NCBI RefSeq assembly: GCF_006345805.1
Contig: NW_021827581.1
Span: 1-27,699, forward strand
Length of the DNA stretch: 27,699 nt
Reading direction: 5' to 3'
Source of the DNA: Octopus sinensis
Taxonomy: Eukaryota
Positions 21,276-27,699 of this stretch are shown here, piece after piece. Position 1 is the stretch's first letter. Each line of letters begins with the position of its first letter. A program made the position numbers and the translations under genes. The notes under the pieces were generated by a model. The model had not been told where the DNA came from. It saw only the letters and a list, made by a program, of their open reading frames with translations, and did no database searches.

Positions 21276-21452
21276 GGCTTTCTACTGTTGCTTTGTTTAA
21301 TACCTCAGAACAGATCCATTGCTCAAGTTTTCTTTGTGCATAACTGGGACACACACACACACATCTTTCATCTGTTATCTTTTACTTATATCATCGTTAG
21401 ACTGTGGCCATGCTGGAGCACTGCCTTGAAGGATGTGTTTAATCAAATGTAT

Positions 21453-21872
21453 AGGCACAGGAGTGGCTGTGTGGTAAGTAGCTTGCTAACCAACCACATG
21501 GTTCCGGGTTCAGTCCCACTGCGTGGCACCTTGGGCAAGTGTCTTCTACTATAGCCTTGGGTTGACCAAAGCCTTGTGAGTGGATTTGGTAGACGGAAAC
21601 TGAAAGAAGCCCGTCGTATATATGTATATATATATATGTATATATATATGTATGTGTGTGTTTGTGTGTCTGTGTTTGTCCCCCCAACATCGCTTGACCT
21701 CCGATGCTGGTGTGTTTACGTCCCCGTCACTTAGCGGTTCGGCAAAAGAGACCGATAGAATAAGTACTGGGCTTACAAAGAATAAGTCCCAGGGTTGATT
21801 TGCTCGACTAAAGGCGGTGCTCCAGCATGGCCGCAGTCAAATGACTGAAACAAGTAAAAGAGTAAAGAGTAA
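21453..21872 (+). mobile_element. Full-length OR2-like CORE SINE
   Basis: Head, A and B boxes, CORE, internal (TA/TG)n and tail. Confidence 0.93.
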
Positions 21873-21921
21873 CAGTAACCCATGTAGTTATTACCTTTTT
21901 TGGAAAACCTAGCTCTCTTAT

Positions 21922-22325
21922 TTTTTCAGTTTCCATCTACCAAATCCACTGACAAGGCTTTGGTCAGCCTATGGCTATATTAGAAGACACTTGCCCAAGG
22001 TGCCACACAGTAGGACTGAACCCAGGATCATGAGGTTGGGAAGCAAGCTTCTTACCACACAGCCACTCCTGCGCCTATATGTATATATATACATGAGTGT
22101 GTGTGTGTGTGTCTTTGTGTTTGTCCTCCAGTCACCACTAGGCAACCGGTGTTGGTGTGTTTATGTCCCTGTAACTTAGCAGTTTGGCAAAAAGGAACCG
22201 ATGGAATAAGTACTTAGGCTTTACAATAAAAAAAAGTCCAGGGGTTGGTTTCTTTGATAAAAAAGAAACCATTGAAGTTTGTGCCCCAGCATGGCCGCAG
22301 TCAACAATTATTGAAACAAAAATGA
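21922..22325. mobile_element. OR2-like halves in opposite orientation (5' half minus 21922-22077; 3' half plus about 22100-22325)
   Basis: Direct comparison with the full copies. Confidence 0.8.
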
Positions 22326-22334
22326 ACCAATAGA

Positions 22335-22566
22335 TACACACACACACACACACACAGAAATACACACTCACACACTCACACCCACATACACACAGTCAGA
22401 CACACACCCACACATACTTATACACACACACACACAAATACACATACACACACACACACACACATACCTACAGGTACAAGAAATACTAACAAAGCACTTG
22501 TAGAACTTGGAAGCAGTAGTAGTATTAGTAGCAGTAGTAGTAGTAGTAGCAACGGCAGCAGTAGTG

Positions 22567-22620
<54 letters not shown>

Positions 22621-22708
22621 TAGTAGTAAGGAGTAGTAGTATTAGTAGTAGTAGTAGTAGTAGTATGTAGTAGTAGTAGTAGTAGTAGTAGTAGTAAGTA
22701 GTAGTAGT

Positions 22709-22740
<32 letters not shown>
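22335..22740. repeat. (CA)n and (AGT)n microsatellites
   Basis: Seen directly. Confidence 0.93.
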
Positions 22741-22741
<1 letters not shown>

Positions 22742-22939
22742 CAGAGAGATATAGAAAGCAACTGGTATTCAAACAAAGGAATCGGTTGGTTCTGAAAGTC
22801 TTTTAGTAGACAAAGAGATCTGGGAAAGGAGGTGACACACAGACAGACAGACGGACAGGCGGCGACACAGGGACGGCGGCGGCGGAAGGGAGGAGGGGAG
22901 AAGGGGAGGAGACGTCCAAAGGTTGATGGGTCACCCTGT

Positions 22940-23348
22940 TTGTGTGTGTGTGTGTTTGTGTGTGTATTAATGTGTGTGAGTGTTTCTGTACGTATGTGTG
23001 TGTGTGCGTATATGTGTCTTTGTGTGTATGTAAGTTTGTATGTGTATGTATGTATATATGTATGTGCCTATATATATGTGTGTATGTGTGTATGTATATA
23101 TATATATATGTATGTGTCTGTGTGTGTATTTGTGTATGTATGTATGTGTGTATGTATGTATGTATGTATGTATGTATGTATGTATATATGTATGTGCCTA
23201 TATATATTCATGTGTGTGTGTGTGTGAGTGCATGTGTACGTATGTGTATGTATGTGTGTATGTGTGTGTGCGTAGATGCGTCTTTGTGTGTATATATGTA
23301 AGTTTGTATGTGTATGCATGTGTGTATGTATGTATATATGTACGTGCC

Positions 23349-23380
<32 letters not shown>
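22940..23380. repeat. (TG/TATG)n microsatellite
   Basis: Seen directly. Confidence 0.93.
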
Positions 23381-23428
23381 AAACGGATTCGTTGTCAGCT
23401 GTGAGTAGACGGAAGGGTGGAGGAGGCT

Positions 23429-23450
23429 GGGGTGGGGATAAGGGGTGGGG
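23429..23450 (+). other. Four-tier G-quadruplex motif
   Basis: GGGG-T-GGGG-ATAA-GGGG-T-GGGG. Confidence 0.75.
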
Positions 23451-23567
23451 AGGAGGGGAGGGAGGCGTTCTGGAATGTGTGACGGCGACGGCGGCGACGG
23501 CGGCGTCGGCGAATAGTCAACTAAGTCAGCTCCTGGTACTTACCGTTACCACAGACTTAGTACTCGC

Positions 23568-24196
23568 ACACACAGACACAAACACACAGACACAAACACA
23601 CAGACACAAACACACAGACACAAACACACAGACACAAACACACAGACACAGACACACAGACACAGACACACAGACACAAACACACAGACACAAACACACA
23701 GACACAGACACACAGACACAGACACAGACACAAACACACAGACACAAACACACAGACACAAACACACAGACACAAACACACAGACACAGACACACAGACA
23801 CACACACACAGACACAAACACACAGACACACACCACGACACAAACACACGACACAGACACACACAGACACACACACACAGACAACAAACACACAGACAAA
23901 ACACACAGGAACAGACAACAGACACAGACACACAGACACACACACACAGACACAAACACACAGACACAAACACACAGGAACGACACACATGGACACGACA
24001 CAGCACACAACACACAGACACAACACAAGACCACAAAACACACCGACACACAACACACAGACACAGACACAAAGACACACCACACAGACACAAACACACA
24101 ACAAAACACACTGACACAACCACAGACACAGACACACAGACACAAACACACAGACCAAACCACCAGGAACAGACAACATACACAAACCACACAGAC
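23568..24196. repeat. (ACACAGACACAAAC)n-like 14-bp CA-rich minisatellite, degenerating distally
   Basis: Seen directly. Confidence 0.92.
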
Positions 24197-24282
24197 AGGA
24201 CATCGTCCCGCCTCGCCGCCGTCAAGAAATGTGATAGACAAAAAGAAACCGGTTTTTATGGAGTGTCTTTGGTTCACTAGTT

Positions 24283-24305
24283 TACTACCACTACTACTAC
24301 TACTG

Positions 24306-24351
<46 letters not shown>

Positions 24352-24727
24352 CACTACTACTACTACTACCACCAATACTTCTACCAGTACTACTACTACT
24401 ACTACTACTACTGATTACTGCTACTACTACTGCTACTACTACCACCACACCACCACCACCACCACTACTACGACTAATACTACCAAACCTACCACACTAC
24501 TACTACTACTACTGCTAACTACTACTACATACTACTACTACTAACTACTACTACTACCACCACCACACACTACTACTACTACTACCACCATACTTCTACC
24601 ATACTACTACTACTAATGTACTACTACTGCACTGCTAATACTACTACTACCACCACCACCACCACACACCACACCACATACACTACTACTACTACTACTA
24701 CAACTACTACTGCTGCTGCTGCTGCTG
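24283..24727. repeat. (CTA/CCA/CTG)n microsatellite
   Basis: Seen directly. Confidence 0.92.
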
Positions 24728-24994
24728 CGCTATGTCTACTAGCTCTTTGTTACTTTGTTACCCAATGAGGCTGCTGTTGTTGTTGTTGTTTAACCCTGGG
24801 CCAGTCCCTAATCCGGTAGACTTACGATTGAATGGCACCCTGCTATCACCATCACCGTCACCACCAGCAGCAGCAGCAGCAGTAGTAGAATCGTCGTCAT
24901 CATCATCATCATCATCATCATCATTAGAACAAAGTTTGTTGTCCTCTAAACAGGTCATCTTTTATGCAGCTCATCCACCTGACCGAAGATGCTG

Positions 24995-25084
24995 GTATGA
25001 TGACCACGACGATGATGACGGTGATGATGATGATGATGGTGATGATGATGGTGGTGGTGGTGGTGGTGGTGGTGATGATGACGA

Positions 25085-25115
<31 letters not shown>

Positions 25116-25147
25116 GATGGTGATGGTGATGATGATGATGATGACGG

Positions 25148-25202
<55 letters not shown>

Positions 25203-25219
25203 GGTGGTGATGATGACGA

Positions 25220-25250
<31 letters not shown>

Positions 25251-25282
25251 GATGGTGATGGTGATGATGATGATGATGACGG

Positions 25283-25337
<55 letters not shown>

Positions 25338-25387
25338 GGTGGTGATGATGACGATGATGATGATGATGATGATAATGATGATGATGG

Positions 25388-25425
<38 letters not shown>

Positions 25426-25453
25426 GTGATGGTGGTGATGATGATGATGGTGG

Positions 25454-25491
<38 letters not shown>

Positions 25492-25713
25492 GTGATGACA
25501 ACTACGATGATGATGACGATGGTGATGATGATGACGATGATGATGATGATGATGGTGATGGTGGTGATGATGATGACGATGATGATGATGATGATGGTGA
25601 TGGTGGTGATGATGATGGTGATGGTGATGGTGGTGATGATGTTGATGACGATGGTGATGACAACTACGATGATGATGACGATGTTGACGATGATGATGAT
25701 GATGGTGATGATG
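24995..25713. repeat. (GAT/GGT)n microsatellite with a ~135-bp higher-order period
   Basis: (GGT)7-8 blocks recur near 25051, 25188 and 25323 with the same intervening pattern. Confidence 0.93.
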
Positions 25714-25825
25714 ATTGAACCGTTGGGAAAAGGTCTTGCTGGTTTCAGGACCGACCTGTGGCTAAACGACACCAACAATAACAACAACAGTCAAATTGAG
25801 TAACAAAGAGCTAGTAGAGACCACC

Positions 25826-25826
<1 letters not shown>

Positions 25827-25874
<48 letters not shown>

Positions 25875-26010
25875 CGCAGCAGTAGTAGTAGTAGTAATGG
25901 TGGTGGTGGTGGGGAAAATATTATTAGTAGATGCTATATACTACTGCTACTACTACTACTACTACTACTATTACTACTACTACTACTACCACTACTACTA
26001 CTACTACTAC
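25827..26010. repeat. (TAG)n followed by (CTA)n microsatellites
   Basis: Seen directly. Confidence 0.9.
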
Positions 26011-26235
26011 TACCAGACCATACCAGCTGTTGACTGTTCTTTGTTTCCACAAACCAATGTGTGGAACTGGAGTCTATTTTCTGTCTTCTTGGTAGACAAA
26101 GGAATCCTTCCAACAAAACTATGGCCACCACCACTAACACCACCACCACCACCGCCACCACTGCCAGAGCTACCACCAATGCCACATTTGTCACCAAAAC
26201 TGCCATGACCACCTCCCCTACTGTTTCTTAACAAA

Positions 26236-26449
26236 TCTCTTTTACTCTTTTACTTGTTTCAGTCCTTTGATTGTGGCCATGCTGGAGCACCGCTTTTAGT
26301 CCAGCAAATCAACCCCCAAGACTTAATCTTTGTAAGCCTAGTACCTATTCTATCAGTCTCTTTTGCTGAACTGCTAAGTTACGGGGACATAAATACACCA
26401 ACTTCGGTTGTCAAGCAATGTTGGGGGGACAAACACAGACACACACACA

Positions 26450-26497
<48 letters not shown>

Positions 26498-26658
26498 TAT
26501 ACGACAGGCTTCTTTCAGTTTCCGTCTACCAAATCCACTCACAAGGCTTTGGTTGGACTGAGGCTATCGTAGAAGACACTTACCCAAGGTACCACGCAGT
26601 GGGACTGAACCCAGAACCATGTGGTTGGTAAGCAAGCTACTTACCACACAGCCACTCT
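26236..26658 (-). mobile_element. Full-length OR2-like CORE SINE
   Basis: Same layout as the other copies. Confidence 0.92.
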
Positions 26659-26718
26659 GAAGAATTTTGCGAAATGTCTTTGTCATGGTGAATCTGGTGT
26701 TTGGAACATAAATAAACA

Positions 26719-27118
26719 TGGCGCAGGAGTGGCTGTGTGGTAAGTAGCTTGTTTACCAACCACATGGTTCCGGGTTCAGTCGCACTGCATGGCACCTTGG
26801 GCAAGTGTCTTCTGCTATAGCTTCATGCCAACCAAAGCCTTGTGAGTGAATTTGGTAGATGGAAACTGAAAGAAGCCCGTCGTGTATATATATATGTGTG
26901 TGTATATGTTTGTGTGTCTGTGTTTGTCCCCCTAGCATTGCTTGACAACTGATGCTGATGTGTTTACGTCCCCGTCACTTAGCGGTTCGGCAAAAGAGAC
27001 CGATAGAATAAGTACTGCGCTTACAAAGAATAAGTCCCGGATTCGATTAGCTTGACTAAAGGTGGTGCTCCAGCATGGCCACAGTCAAATGACTGAAACA
27101 AGTAAAAAGAGTAAAAAA
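26719..27118 (+). mobile_element. Full-length OR2-like CORE SINE
   Basis: From the GGCGCAGGAGTGGCTGTGTGG head to the AGTAAAAAG tail. Confidence 0.93.
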
Positions 27119-27261
27119 AGAGAGAGTATATTGTTTAACTATTTTGTTACCGAATTTCTTGTTATCTATGGATCCCTTTGATTAATATTTTATTTTGGTG
27201 GAGCCCTTCACAGTTCAGCTCCATCTTCATCACTTCTAACATTTAAATACATAGAAAGCAC

Positions 27262-27345
27262 TGGTGATGGTGCCACGTAAAAAAAAGCACCCAGCATACT
27301 CTGTTAAGTGGTTGGCATTAGGAAGGGCTCCAGTTGCAGAAACTA
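27262..27345 (+). mobile_element. RTE-associated tail fragment
   Basis: GTGCCACGTAAAA..GCACC...GTGGTTGGCATTAGGAAGGGC. Confidence 0.75.
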
Positions 27346-27388
27346 GAACAAAACAGACAATGGAACCAGGTATGGCACCTGGCTTGGC

Positions 27389-27699
27389 ATGGCTTCCACA
27401 GCTAGATGCCCTTCCTAACACCAACAACTTTGCAGAGTTTACTTGGTGCTTTGTCCATGGCACCAGCACTTGTGAGGTTGCCAAGTAATTTGTGAGATAA
27501 AAAGCTCTCAGCTGGGAGAGGAGTGGGACCAAAAGAGGTGGCTTTCTGCTATGGCTTCCACAGCTGGATGCCCTTCCTAACACCAACCACTTTGCAGAGT
27601 TTACTTGGTGCTTTGTCCATGGCACCAGCACTTGTGAGGTTGCCAAGTAATTTGTGAGATAAAAAGCTCTCAGCAGGGAGAGGAGTGGGACCAAAAGAG
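27389..27699 (-). repeat. 162-bp tandem duplication containing an RTE-tail fragment (runs off the window)
   Basis: Units start ATGGCTTCCACAGCT at 27389 and 27551; ORF 27236..27694 shows a 54-aa period. Confidence 0.9.

Noticed and set aside
23820-24730. Progressive degeneration of repeats as a biological gradient
   Set aside because: The indel-rich pattern is equally consistent with unpolished long-read consensus error and cannot be resolved from sequence alone.
24732-25718. 328-aa Asp/Gly-rich ORF with a hydrophobic N-terminus, superficially like acidic biomineralisation proteins
   Set aside because: The poly-D is a (GAT)n microsatellite that is also open in other frames and on the other strand. 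The leucine run comes from (TTG)n next to a repeat relic.

Overview
Repeat-dominated eukaryotic DNA, most likely from an octopus (inferred from the tRNA/CORE-type SINE families and the extreme microsatellite density). No intact protein-coding gene is supportable: most ORFs in the track are read-throughs of microsatellites or SINEs. The recognisable coding remnants are all from transposons: an RTE-clade reverse-transcriptase C-terminus (about 7.4-8.5 kb), a Hero/R2-superfamily restriction-like endonuclease split by a TTAA-flanked piggyBac-type MITE (about 18.4-19.5 kb), an L1/Tx1-like ORF1 CCHC knuckle and two mariner C-terminal fragments (5.2-6.2 kb). Most interesting observations: (1) a candidate minimal hammerhead ribozyme with a U3-A8 core variant at 578-624 (-); (2) two large fold-back (inverted duplication) structures built around one repeat family; (3) retroelement-like 3' fragments sitting inside (GATA)n and (TAA)n arrays; (4) a diverged ~200-bp tandem array with a 24-nt AG/GT-bounded core; (5) minus-strand splice signals defining candidate 23-nt and 11-nt microexons downstream of a CpG-rich/G4 region. 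None of this proves a new biological system. Family names are recalled rather than database-checked, and repeat boundaries are approximate (+/- about 10 bp).
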